From a virus (taxonomy: Duplodnaviria > Caudoviricetes), in the IMG/VR virus record IMGVR_UViG_3300037463_000009, positions 1 to 51,985 of that record: a stretch of 51,985 nt of DNA. One strand, written 5' to 3'. Numbering within the stretch: the first letter of the stretch is position 1; each line of letters starts with the position of its first letter. Shown in pieces: positions 28,925-37,038 of the stretch. Both the position numbers and the translations under genes were made by a program. The notes under the pieces are model-generated. The model was not told where the DNA came from. It worked only from the letters and a program-made list of their open reading frames with translations, and did not search any database.

Positions 28925-29314
28925 TTATTCCGCACTATTTGGCAGTTTGACCGTGATGTGGAGCTGTCGCGCCGCTGCCTGCAATCGCTCACTCGGAGCG
29001 GGTGGCTCGACCAGATCGTTGATAAACTGCTGGCTTTCGCGTGGCGTCAGCTTCAGTACCTGCTCCGATTCGTCCAGTTCCGCGCAGGCCTGTGCTGCGG
29101 GTAACTGCGCGGATTGAAGCGCGGTGTAGAGCGCACAACCGGCGCGGGTCGTGCTGCTGGCCGTCACATCGACGATCGTCTCGATGCGCTTACCGATCTG
29201 CTCAACCGTCTCGCCGCGCTCGATGCAGCGCTGGAGATGATTCAGATCCGCGACAACACCGCGCATGACCTGCATGGCCTGGCTGTAGGCTGCCTGGTGT
29301 TCGGGCTGCATCAT
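28925..29314 (-). CDS. Protein with a DUF1778/TacA-antitoxin-like C-terminal segment
   Basis: EQVLKLTPRESQQFINDLVEPPAPSERLQAAARQL; GGAGG SD. Confidence 0.6.
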   Translation of the reverse strand: MMQPEHQAAYSQAMQVMRGVVADLNHLQRCIERGETVEQIGKRIETIVDVTASSTTRAGCALYTALQSAQLPAAQACAELDESEQVLKLTPRESQQFINDLVEPPAPSERLQAAARQLHITVKLPNSAE

Positions 29315-29484
29315 CGTCGTCGCCTCCGAGGTCGTCGCGCCGCTGGATCAATGACCAACGGCGGGTTGTTGAAACGAGCCCGCCATGGCTGCTCGCCACA
29401 GGATGGACACAGGATGTACACCACACGATGACACCGTTGCACGCTGGTATCGCGGTAGGCTCCGCCGCAGCTCGGGCAGCACAT
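29311..29484 (-). CDS. 57-aa zinc-ribbon protein (below the ORF-track cutoff)
   Basis: MCCPSCGG...LCPSCGEQ...RRRRR*; start/stop overlaps on both sides. Confidence 0.7.
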   Translation of the reverse strand: MCCPSCGGAYRDTSVQRCHRVVYILCPSCGEQPWRARFNNPPLVIDPAARRPRRRRR

Positions 29485-29660
29485 CAGCGCGATCTCCGTT
29501 GGCGAAAGACTGCCAGGGTTAGTACCCCGCCAACCGCCATTGCCATAAGATCGGTCGCGTCGAGCGGACCAACGATGGCAGAGGCTACCGGCACGGCGAT
29601 ATTGAGCGCGACGAGTACGATAGCTAGGATGGTGGCGATTGGTTGGATGCGCTGCTTCAT
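29484..29660 (-). CDS. Small two-TM protein (holin-like candidate)
   Basis: MKQRIQPIATILAIVLVALNIAV...VGGVLTLAVFRQRRSR. Confidence 0.65.
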   Translation of the reverse strand: MKQRIQPIATILAIVLVALNIAVPVASAIVGPLDATDLMAMAVGGVLTLAVFRQRRSR

Positions 29661-29691
29661 ACCACCTTCTCCAGGCAACTCGGGCAGCACA

Positions 29692-30741
29692 TTAGGCAAC
29701 CTCTAGACAATGCGGTGAGAACCAGACAACCTCACGGCTGCTATTTGCTACCGCTTGCTTGGTTCGGGCATAGCCGCCCTGGGCCTTCCAGTTGAGACAG
29801 ATCCAGCCTTCCGGCATGGTGTAGTCACCCTCATAGCCACACAGGGCAATCCGAAAGAGTGGGTTATTGCCATGCTCAACTGCCCAAGTATGGACAGTGT
29901 GGGCTACGCGATTCGCTTCGCTGTACCAATCTTCATATTGGATATAGGGTGGATCAAGAAATACCGCCGTCGGCCCGTGATAGGTTGTCACTGTCGGCGT
30001 AAGAACACGACTCCAGTCGCCACTACACACCCGTACCCGACGCAACCGAGCAGCAAGTGCTGCGAAGTAGTCGAGGAGTGCTGACGTTGTACCCAGGACT
30101 TCGCGGTGGACACCGCGAAGTCCTGCCACATGCGGCAGTTGACGTACAACCCGTGCGAGGGAATCGCGGTGTCCACCGCGATTCCCTCCAGCGATGTGGG
30201 GCAGCTTGCGGTTGACACCCTGTGCTCCGCTCATGCGGGGCAGTTGCCTCGCAACTGCCCCGGCACGACCTACTCGCCGGAGTTCACGATCAACAACCTG
30301 CCAGGGACCACGGCCCGAGCACCAACCGCTCCCAATCCAACTACTGACACCCCAAACCCACCAACCGGCGATTTTTGGATCGTAATAGTCGGGATCGCCT
30401 TCGAGTCGTGCTGTCAGTGATTCACGTTGACCAACCAGCCAGGCATGGCGAGCATGGAGATCGTTTTCATTCACCGGCCAGTCAGCATAGCGTGCAACCG
30501 TTTCCGGCTCAGCCTGGAGCGCCCGCCAGAAGTTGCTAATCATGCCATCTTTGTCGTTGACGGTTTCGGTTTGCGGCGTATGTGGTCGAGCCAGAAGTGC
30601 GGCCAGTGAGCCAGCGAATGGCTCGACGTAATTCGGTGGATTCCCGAATCGCTTCCATACCTCGGCAGCAATACGAGATTTCCCGCCGAAGTAGGGAAAG
30701 GGAGCCTTAAGACTCTGAGATGGTTGTGGTACAGAAAGCAT
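29692..30741 (-). CDS. D12-class N6-adenine DNA methyltransferase
   Basis: FPYFGGKS, YVEPFAGS, VND, FLDPPY. Confidence 0.9.
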   Translation of the reverse strand: MLSVPQPSQSLKAPFPYFGGKSRIAAEVWKRFGNPPNYVEPFAGSLAALLARPHTPQTETVNDKDGMISNFWRALQAEPETVARYADWPVNENDLHARHAWLVGQRESLTARLEGDPDYYDPKIAGWWVWGVSSWIGSGWCSGRGPWQVVDRELRRVGRAGAVARQLPRMSGAQGVNRKLPHIAGGNRGGHRDSLARVVRQLPHVAGLRGVHREVLGTTSALLDYFAALAARLRRVRVCSGDWSRVLTPTVTTYHGPTAVFLDPPYIQYEDWYSEANRVAHTVHTWAVEHGNNPLFRIALCGYEGDYTMPEGWICLNWKAQGGYARTKQAVANSSREVVWFSPHCLEVA

Positions 30742-31445
30742 TAGACCGTCTCTGCCAGGTTGGCCCACATGTAGCCGCGTGCCAGTTTGATCCAGCGGTT
30801 GCTGCCGCCATGCAGCTCGCCAGTGACCGCCGTACCGCGTATCAGCGCACCCGCGTTTTTCTGCTCCAGCACCGCGCTGGCGGTTGATGCCTCGGCGCGC
30901 ACACGTGAGCCGTCGGCGCGTACGCGGTAGAGCGTCGTCGCCAGTCGCCATCTCAGCTCGTGCCGAACAGCGTCCAGATCAATCGCATGGCCTGGGCAAT
31001 GTTTCGTCGTCTGGGGATCGTTCCGGTGGCCGTTGAGCTTTGAAGCTAACAAACCACGTCGGCGCAGCAGCAGCTCCAGTACGTCGTAGGTATAGGAGCG
31101 AATCGGCTCCAGCCAGCCATGCGCGTCGTAGTTGCCGACGACTTCAACCCCGACATGTGTCGCGTTGAATGAAACCGCATGAATGCCACGCTGGGTTAGC
31201 GGTGTGCCGGTCCAGATCCCGTCGGGGCCGACAAAGATATGTGGGCCAGCGCTCCATTTATTGGTCACGCGGTAGTGGCGTCCGATGGCAACCATGCTCT
31301 GCTCACCACGCCACTGGGCAACCGTCGGGATTGCCGTGTGATGCACGGTCACGCCGGTGTACCAGGTGATCGGACCGAGTTGATCCATGTGAGCAGCCAG
31401 CGCTGCGGCGTCAGTAAAGTGATGAATGTCCCAGGCGAATGACAT
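30741..31445 (-). CDS. Endolysin: N-acetylmuramoyl-L-alanine amidase with an SH3-like C-terminal domain
   Basis: VHHTA, GPH, GVEVVG, GH...KHCPG Zn-amidase motifs. Confidence 0.9.
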   Translation of the reverse strand: MSFAWDIHHFTDAAALAAHMDQLGPITWYTGVTVHHTAIPTVAQWRGEQSMVAIGRHYRVTNKWSAGPHIFVGPDGIWTGTPLTQRGIHAVSFNATHVGVEVVGNYDAHGWLEPIRSYTYDVLELLLRRRGLLASKLNGHRNDPQTTKHCPGHAIDLDAVRHELRWRLATTLYRVRADGSRVRAEASTASAVLEQKNAGALIRGTAVTGELHGGSNRWIKLARGYMWANLAETV

Positions 31446-31458
31446 GTAAAAAAACCTT

Positions 31459-31554
31459 TGGAGCGGGGCCTGAGAACGAACTCAGAGACTCGGTGCGTCC
31501 GTTTCGCTTCGCTTCGAGGCGTCGGGCCGGTGCAGCGCCGTGGCTGCGCCCCGC
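31459..31554 (-). ncRNA. tRNA-like RNA with a Gly-type acceptor stem and encoded CCA
   Basis: GCGGGGC...GCCCCGC-T-CCA acceptor; CTGAG-TTCGTT-CTCAG T-arm; GCAGC-CACGGC-GCTGC D-like arm; no canonical anticodon arm. Confidence 0.55.
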
Positions 31555-31565
31555 ATGATGACAAC

Positions 31566-31670
31566 TTACCTACGCCGCCGCGATCGCGTCGTCCGAATGG
31601 TGTGCCGGACGTGCAAGCCGATCGGACAGGTGAACAAGCAAATGATCAGGACTGCCAGCGCTATCTCCAT
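31566..31670 (-). CDS. 34-aa single-TM peptide with a basic tail
   Basis: MEIALAVLIICLFTCPIGLHVRHTIRTTRSRRRR*; TGATG overlap. Confidence 0.55.
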   Translation of the reverse strand: MEIALAVLIICLFTCPIGLHVRHTIRTTRSRRRR

Positions 31671-31849
31671 CACCAGCGCTCGATTCGGTTCGGCACGGCG
31701 TTGGCCCATGGATCGGGCGTTGCCTCGATGCGCTCCAGCACCTGCTGGCGATACTCCAGCGCGTCGGCGAGCTGGTTGCTCCAGACCACCAGCCAGGAGA
31801 TGAGCCAGGCGACAATGCGCAGGAGGTCAACAAGGGCCCTAGTGAGCAT
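31670..31849 (-). CDS. 59-aa membrane protein in the lysis cassette
   Basis: MLTRALVDLLRIVAWLISWLVVW...; coupled to both neighbours. Confidence 0.6.
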   Translation of the reverse strand: MLTRALVDLLRIVAWLISWLVVWSNQLADALEYRQQVLERIEATPDPWANAVPNRIERW

Positions 31850-32132
31850 GTTCAGCTTCTACCAGCTCGTCGACTTTTTTCTCGACCCGGCCTAGCCGTT
31901 CGCCGAATCCCTCCAGCGCCTTCGTGATGAGCTTGAGCTGCTCGATCTGCTGATCGAGGTACATCTTCAGCACTGGGCGCAGCAGGTACGCCGCGAAAAT
32001 CAACGCACCGGCGAGCGGCGATTCAGCCAACATCTTGACGGCGATGCTTCCTATGACATCCTCGCTGACTGCAACATCAGGGGCAAAACCCCGCGCCAGA
32101 AGGATGATGGAAAGAACAATAAGAACCTTCAT
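31839..32132 (-). CDS. Holin-like membrane protein
   Basis: Two hydrophobic segments plus a coiled-coil C-terminus, upstream of the endolysin. Confidence 0.6.
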   Translation of the reverse strand: MKVLIVLSIILLARGFAPDVAVSEDVIGSIAVKMLAESPLAGALIFAAYLLRPVLKMYLDQQIEQLKLITKALEGFGERLGRVEKKVDELVEAEHAH

Positions 32133-33661
32133 GGAGTTTTGACCTCGATATAACCGCGCCGGTTGATCTGGTCGACCCGGACGCGCCCGCCCTCGAAGTT
32201 CCTCGCCCAGCCACCTGCTACCGCGTAGCGGCTGCTCAGCGGTTCGCCGAGGCGTGCTTGATAGTTGTCGTAACGCCACAGCTCACCATATGCGCGGCCA
32301 TCGGCGTATCTGAATGTAACCTGATCGGTGTTGCCAGCAGGGACAATGAGCAGCCAGTTCGCCAGCGCAAACTGCTGAGTCTGCGTGTCGGCCTGGACGC
32401 CCTGCGTCGTGGCCTGTAGCCCGTAGCCCCGGCTGATCAGCCACTCGGCCTGGCTGAGATCGCCGTTCTGTCGCTGCACATTCCACGGCGCGTTGTATTG
32501 CGTCCAGCCGGTCCACATCTGCTCGAAGTGCGCGCCACTCAGGCCGCCGCGCTCGAAGTAGATATTGACATCGCTGCCGGTGCTCTTGCCTTCGATCAGG
32601 TTCCCCCAGATCGGCAGCTCGGGACCAACAGCGGCGCGGAGTCCCTTGACCAGATCCACGGCGCAAGCGACATACTTGTCGCTGGTAAGCTGCTGCTTCG
32701 AGCCGGTATAGAGCGTGCTCGTGCCAGCTTTGCGCGTTTCTAGGTCCCAGGAGAGCGGCGTATTGTCGAGGAAGATTCCGTCGGGGAACATGCCGCGCGC
32801 AAACACCTTGGCCTCGTTCACACCCGTCTGTGGATTGTCGGCCTGCGGCTGCTGCATCTGCTGGATGCGTGCGTAGAACCAGGCGCGATAGCCGGTCGAG
32901 CAGGGGTCCATGGCGTACATGCCGCTGCTGCTGCCGTGGCTGATGCGCGAGAAGCTGCCGTCGGCATTCTTTTTGAGCAAGAACCAGGTCGGCTGATTGT
33001 TCAGGTAGGACCAATCGCCCGCGCGGTAGGCTGGATTGTTGGGCCATGGCGCATAGGGGACGCCTGCGGGGTTCTGGACCTCCAGCGGCAGAATATACGT
33101 GTAGTGCTTGCCCGTGTAGCCCGCTGTTTTCAGTGCTTCTCGGAATGCAAAGCGATCTGCACCAAAGTTCCCGGCGTGCCAGGACAAGGCCGATCCGATG
33201 CTGGCCGTTGTGCCGTTCTTGGGGAGATCCAGGAATGCGCCGAGCGTGACAGGGGTGCTGAGCTGCTGCTCCGGCACGGCGGTCGGCTGGATCGTCGCGG
33301 TAGGGGTGGGGGGAACCGTCGCCGTCGGCGTGGCGCTGGGGATGGCCGTGGGGATGCCGGTCGGCGACGGTGAAGGGGTGAGGGTAGGGGCGACGGTCGC
33401 GGTAGGGGATGGCAGAGCGGTGGCCGTCGGGGGGACGGCAGTGGGAGTCGGGTCGAAGGAACAGGCGAGAATACCACGATTGGCCGCGCTCGGCAGGATC
33501 GCTGCCTGCTGGCCTGCGCACACGTACGCAACCTGCTCACCCTGGGACAGCTCGATCACGGCGGGGGTGGCCTGGACGCGGGCTTGGGCGACCAGGCTGA
33601 TGGCCGGGCCAAACAGCAGGGTCAGGAGACAGGCGAGATACAGAAAGCGCGTGCGGGTCAT
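32129..33661 (-). CDS. Secreted putative glycoside hydrolase (GHL15-like TIM barrel) with a Pro/Thr linker
   Basis: Signal peptide, PT repeats, DGIFLDN, C-terminal LGEP...WARNFEGGRVRVD. Confidence 0.65.
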   Translation of the reverse strand: MTRTRFLYLACLLTLLFGPAISLVAQARVQATPAVIELSQGEQVAYVCAGQQAAILPSAANRGILACSFDPTPTAVPPTATALPSPTATVAPTLTPSPSPTGIPTAIPSATPTATVPPTPTATIQPTAVPEQQLSTPVTLGAFLDLPKNGTTASIGSALSWHAGNFGADRFAFREALKTAGYTGKHYTYILPLEVQNPAGVPYAPWPNNPAYRAGDWSYLNNQPTWFLLKKNADGSFSRISHGSSSGMYAMDPCSTGYRAWFYARIQQMQQPQADNPQTGVNEAKVFARGMFPDGIFLDNTPLSWDLETRKAGTSTLYTGSKQQLTSDKYVACAVDLVKGLRAAVGPELPIWGNLIEGKSTGSDVNIYFERGGLSGAHFEQMWTGWTQYNAPWNVQRQNGDLSQAEWLISRGYGLQATTQGVQADTQTQQFALANWLLIVPAGNTDQVTFRYADGRAYGELWRYDNYQARLGEPLSSRYAVAGGWARNFEGGRVRVDQINRRGYIEVKTP

Positions 33662-33669
33662 AAATCCTC

Positions 33670-33742
33670 AAAACAAAAAGCGCGCAACATCTCCGAAGAG
33701 AGGTCACGCGCTCAAAGCATCTGCTGAGCAGCGGGGTAGGTT
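33670..33742 (-). promoter_or_regulatory. Late-leader attenuator motif, copy 2 (with intrinsic terminator)
   Basis: AACCTACCCCGCTGCTCAGCAG..TGAGCGCGTGACC, cUUCGg-capped stem, T-tract. Confidence 0.7.
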
Positions 33743-33961
33743 GTCAACGACTAGGCGGTTATCACAGCCTGGCGCTCGATCCAGATCCGGCGATCGTGTT
33801 GCCGGTCAGGATTGCCAGCACGTTTACTCCGTCGCGTGCGTCGCCGTTTCGCTGTTGGTTCGCGCTGTGTGTCAGCCTGGACACACGCGCGATCAGCACA
33901 CGGACGTGGTGAGCTGGTTACAGAGGTAGAAGGCGACAACACAGACATACTCCATGAACAC

Positions 33962-34036
33962 AAAAAAACACGTGACCGAAGGGGGCTTCGGTGGTCACGC
34001 GCTCAAGCAAAAGCCGCTAAGCAGCGGAGGTAAGTT
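33962..34036 (-). promoter_or_regulatory. Late-leader attenuator motif, copy 1 (with intrinsic terminator)
   Basis: AACTTACCTCCGCTGCTTAGCGG..TGAGCGCGTGACC, stem, T7. Confidence 0.7.
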
Positions 34037-34042
34037 AAAGAC

Positions 34043-34052
34043 ATCTTACCAC
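34043..34052 (-). promoter_or_regulatory. Putative late promoter (extended -10 TGgTAAGAT)
   Basis: Lies 6 nt upstream of motif copy 1; no consensus -35. Confidence 0.45.
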
Positions 34053-34259
34053 ATGCTCATCTGAGCACGCATGTGCGTTTCATATGAATATGCACAGCAT
34101 TTGGTACTGGCATACTCAGGGACTTTCGAGGGGGTTGTTTTTGGCGACGTGTAGTACTTAAGTCGCACAGGCGTTTCGCTGGAACTGTCTATTTGTGCTA
34201 CAGACAACACGTCTAAATATCATTAAACTAGACCTATATTCCCACCGAGCGAGACGACC

Positions 34260-34514
34260 ATGATGATGATCACATTCTGCGCCGCCTGCCCTCCTGCGGT
34301 TACACCGCCAAGAACCATCACCCGAACCGACGCCACCGCCCTAGCCGTCAACGCGACGCTGACTCATTACCCCTTTCTGCTTGACATGATCAAGCCGGCC
34401 ACTAGCATCAGACGACGCGGCCACGGCTGGATTGTGACCGTCTGGTTCTGCTCGGCAATGTACAAGCGCGTGAAAGTGCATCGGGATGGCCGGACACGGC
34501 TCCTGTCCTCGTAG
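34260..34514 (+). CDS. Hypothetical protein
   Basis: ORF in a small rightward island. Confidence 0.5.
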   Translation: MMMITFCAACPPAVTPPRTITRTDATALAVNATLTHYPFLLDMIKPATSIRRRGHGWIVTVWFCSAMYKRVKVHRDGRTRLLSS

Positions 34515-34574
34515 ATGACAATCAAGTAAAAAATGGAACTGAGAGTCTAGACGTGCATCCCCCTTTGTGATAGC

Positions 34575-34826
34575 ATGACACAAATTGCTAGGGAAGGGTG
34601 TATGTCTATGCCTGAACCCGCTTCCGCCGAGGGGCCGAAAAATGTACAGAACGTGTACACGGCCATCCTAAACGAGATCGACCGCCACATCAGTCCGCTC
34701 GACGTTGTTACCCGCCAGCGAGTCTATCGCTTGCTCAACACCACACTCACCGAGCGCATCACAGCGGCGGATCGAACGCGCCATGAGCTGCTCCATAAAA
34801 CCGAGGCCACGGCCCAGCCGCCGTAG
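34575..34826 (+). CDS. Hypothetical protein
   Basis: ORF followed by a terminator; start may be a downstream ATG. Confidence 0.55.
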   Translation: MTQIAREGCMSMPEPASAEGPKNVQNVYTAILNEIDRHISPLDVVTRQRVYRLLNTTLTERITAADRTRHELLHKTEATAQPP

Positions 34827-34852
34827 CCCACATCTAGCCAGCCTGAGAAACG

Positions 34853-34888
34853 AAACACCCGCCACGATCATGTGGCGGGTGTTTGGTT
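34853..34888. terminator. Bidirectional terminator
   Basis: AAACACCCGCCAC-gatcat-GTGGCGGGTGTTT. Confidence 0.8.
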
Positions 34889-35067
34889 GGTAGACGAACA
34901 CCACCCCTCTGGCGCTAGGCTCATCGAGTGAGCACACGGCATGCAAAGCCGGCTTTCGCGTTCGGAGGAATGGTGTTTCAAACTGGAGATGCTATCTCCA
35001 GCGGTGCATGCAGTATAGCATGTCTACAAAATTGCAGGCCAGTGGATCGGACTCTCGCCGCGCCTTA

Positions 35068-35433
35068 TTACCAACCCAACGATCGCCGCAGCTCGTGTGC
35101 CCGTCGCGTAGCTTCGCGCGCATCTGCTAGTGATACCTGAATGTTTGTATCCGACATATAGAGCGAGAGCAGGAAGAGATAGGGAGGTAGTTCTAGCCAC
35201 GTCTCAAAAGCAAGGGTTGCCGCCATCTCGACCATGTGCCATTCAGCATGACACACAGCACAAAGGGTGATCAAGTTCTCCGGCTCATTGCTCCCGTAAT
35301 CCATGCGCGCATGGATATGGTGAACTTCAAGCGATTCTACCCGGCCACACTTGCGGCAGCGGTGCTGATCGCGCTCAAGAATCTCGCGGCGGCGTTGTGG
35401 TAGTACAGGTGGACTCTTTGGTTGCTCTGTCAT
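35068..35433 (-). CDS. HNH endonuclease
   Basis: RDQHRCRKCG...EVHHI...NLITLCAVCH. Confidence 0.9.
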   Translation of the reverse strand: MTEQPKSPPVLPQRRREILERDQHRCRKCGRVESLEVHHIHARMDYGSNEPENLITLCAVCHAEWHMVEMAATLAFETWLELPPYLFLLSLYMSDTNIQVSLADAREATRRAHELRRSLGW

Positions 35434-35440
35434 AAACGGC

Positions 35441-36415
35441 TCACTTCTTCCGGCGATATGGTACATGCAGCCGTCGCACGGCGTCTCGTTTCGCCCGTTC
35501 ACCGCGCCGGTCATACCCGGCAGTCGTCGCCGGGTTGCTATGGCCCATGAGCTTTTGCACCGTTACCAGGTCCGTACCCTCGTCGAGCAGATCCCCGGCG
35601 AACGTTCGCCGCAGATCGTGAGGGCTAAACTTCTTTATGCCTGCTGCGTTGCCGCGCTGGGAGTAGATATAGTACACAGTCTGGGGAGTCAGGCGATCGA
35701 ACTTGATCGCGTTATTCTTGAGCACGCGCAGGAAGAGCGGACCGGGCACGCTACCGCGCTTCTCGATCCAGTCCATCAGCGCGTCCCATGCTCCACCATC
35801 CCGATCGATCGGCACAACCCGCGTTTTGTTCCCCTTACCCAGAATCGTGAGCGCGGCCTGCTCCCGGTCGACATGACTCAGATCCAGGCCGACAATCTCA
35901 GCTCGGCGCAGGCCACAGGCATACGCGATCGAGATAATCGCCGCGTCTCGAATACCTGCTGGTCCTTCATCCTGGAGACAAAGCTGGAGCAACGACCGCA
36001 GCTCACCACCATGGAGCGCTCGACCCGTGGCCGCGTCCGGCTTGCTGCCCTTGATCGTCTTGATGTCCACTGCTGCCGCGTAGTCGTCGGCGGTGATCTG
36101 CTTGAGTCGCCAGGCTTCTTTCAGCACACGCCGAAGTGCGGCCAGCATCTTGTTTGCGGTTGCGGCGGCGTACCGCTCGGCCAGCAACGCGCGGATCGCC
36201 TGGGTGTGTTCGTAGCGGAGTTGCGCCCAGGGAAAGGACACAAGATCCTGCTGGTCGTTCGTGACGAGCGCGGCGATCTTGTTCAGCGCGTCGACCATCG
36301 TCGGCTTACTGCCGGGAGCCAGGGAGGCGAGATAGACCAGCGCGGGGTGCTGGTCCGGTCGTCGAGCGGCGATGGTGAGCGGGCGCTCGGTGGGCGTGGG
36401 AAGGTTGAGGGTCAT
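35441..36415 (-). CDS. Tyrosine recombinase (resolvase-like; no long arm-binding domain)
   Basis: GLRRAE, GKGNK, HDLRRT, MGH, catalytic Y in TTAGYDRR. Confidence 0.95.
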   Translation of the reverse strand: MTLNLPTPTERPLTIAARRPDQHPALVYLASLAPGSKPTMVDALNKIAALVTNDQQDLVSFPWAQLRYEHTQAIRALLAERYAAATANKMLAALRRVLKEAWRLKQITADDYAAAVDIKTIKGSKPDAATGRALHGGELRSLLQLCLQDEGPAGIRDAAIISIAYACGLRRAEIVGLDLSHVDREQAALTILGKGNKTRVVPIDRDGGAWDALMDWIEKRGSVPGPLFLRVLKNNAIKFDRLTPQTVYYIYSQRGNAAGIKKFSPHDLRRTFAGDLLDEGTDLVTVQKLMGHSNPATTAGYDRRGERAKRDAVRRLHVPYRRKK

Positions 36416-36645
36416 GGGGTTGTTGGTCTCTTTGGTTGCCAATCGCGCAAATGAACAAAGCGATGATCCGGTAGTCGCCCCCGTAAGGCAGCAAGATCGT
36501 CAGGATGACAAACAATAAACGGAGGCGTTAGATCGTCGCCCTGAAATCTAAGAATTTTTCCAGGTGTTGCTTCCTCGCGATCGGTATAGTAGATCGTCGG
36601 CCTTGCTATTTCTAAAGCCATGCGAAGATCGTCCAGAATCGACAT
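36412..36645 (-). CDS. Hypothetical protein
   Basis: AAGGAGG SD; ATGA overlap with the recombinase. Confidence 0.7.
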   Translation of the reverse strand: MSILDDLRMALEIARPTIYYTDREEATPGKILRFQGDDLTPPFIVCHPDDLAALRGRLPDHRFVHLRDWQPKRPTTP

Positions 36646-36668
36646 TAACTATCCTCCTTGCGTATCTG

Positions 36669-36896
36669 TTACGCCGCTGGTGAGAACGACGGCCAAGGTC
36701 GCGCTTCCCACTCCTGAGCCGGATGTTGATCTAAAAATCTTCGACCTGCCTCGGTCAGCGCTGGCCGTCCGTCGCGCATGACCATCAGACGACGTGCATC
36801 AATGTAGGCAACCTCGCGCGGGAAATAATCTATACCAAGGCCATCCATCCGCAGAAAAAAGCGCATCCGTGCCGCTACTCGTTCTTCTTCTGTCAT
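36669..36896 (-). CDS. Hypothetical protein
   Basis: AAGGA SD; LTEAGRRFL. Confidence 0.65.
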   Translation of the reverse strand: MTEEERVAARMRFFLRMDGLGIDYFPREVAYIDARRLMVMRDGRPALTEAGRRFLDQHPAQEWEARPWPSFSPAA

Positions 36897-36916
36897 ATCG
36901 CACCGTCCTTTTATGA

Positions 36917-37038
36917 ATTACTTTCTAGAACTGTGCTTCTGATAAGTAATCTGCCAATTTTTCGCCCCGCATTCCACTTCTCAAAAGCAGACTTCGTAGA
37001 ACTGGTGCGGGGAAACCGCCAAAGATTACTTATCAGAA
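36917..37038. other. loxP/dif-like recombination site (14-6-14) plus an extra half-site
   Basis: ATTACTTTCTAGAA-ctgtgc-TTCTGATAAGTAAT (36917-36950); ATTACTTATCAGAA at 37025-37038. Confidence 0.65.

Noticed and set aside
31559-31571. Sequence complementary to the 5' end of the late-leader motif, just upstream of the tRNA-like RNA
   Set aside because: Only 9-12 nt and partly coding; could be chance
33840-33905. Hammerhead ribozyme in the late leader (CTGATCG...GAAC/GAAAC)
   Set aside because: Core deviates from CUGANGA/GAAA and the helices do not fit
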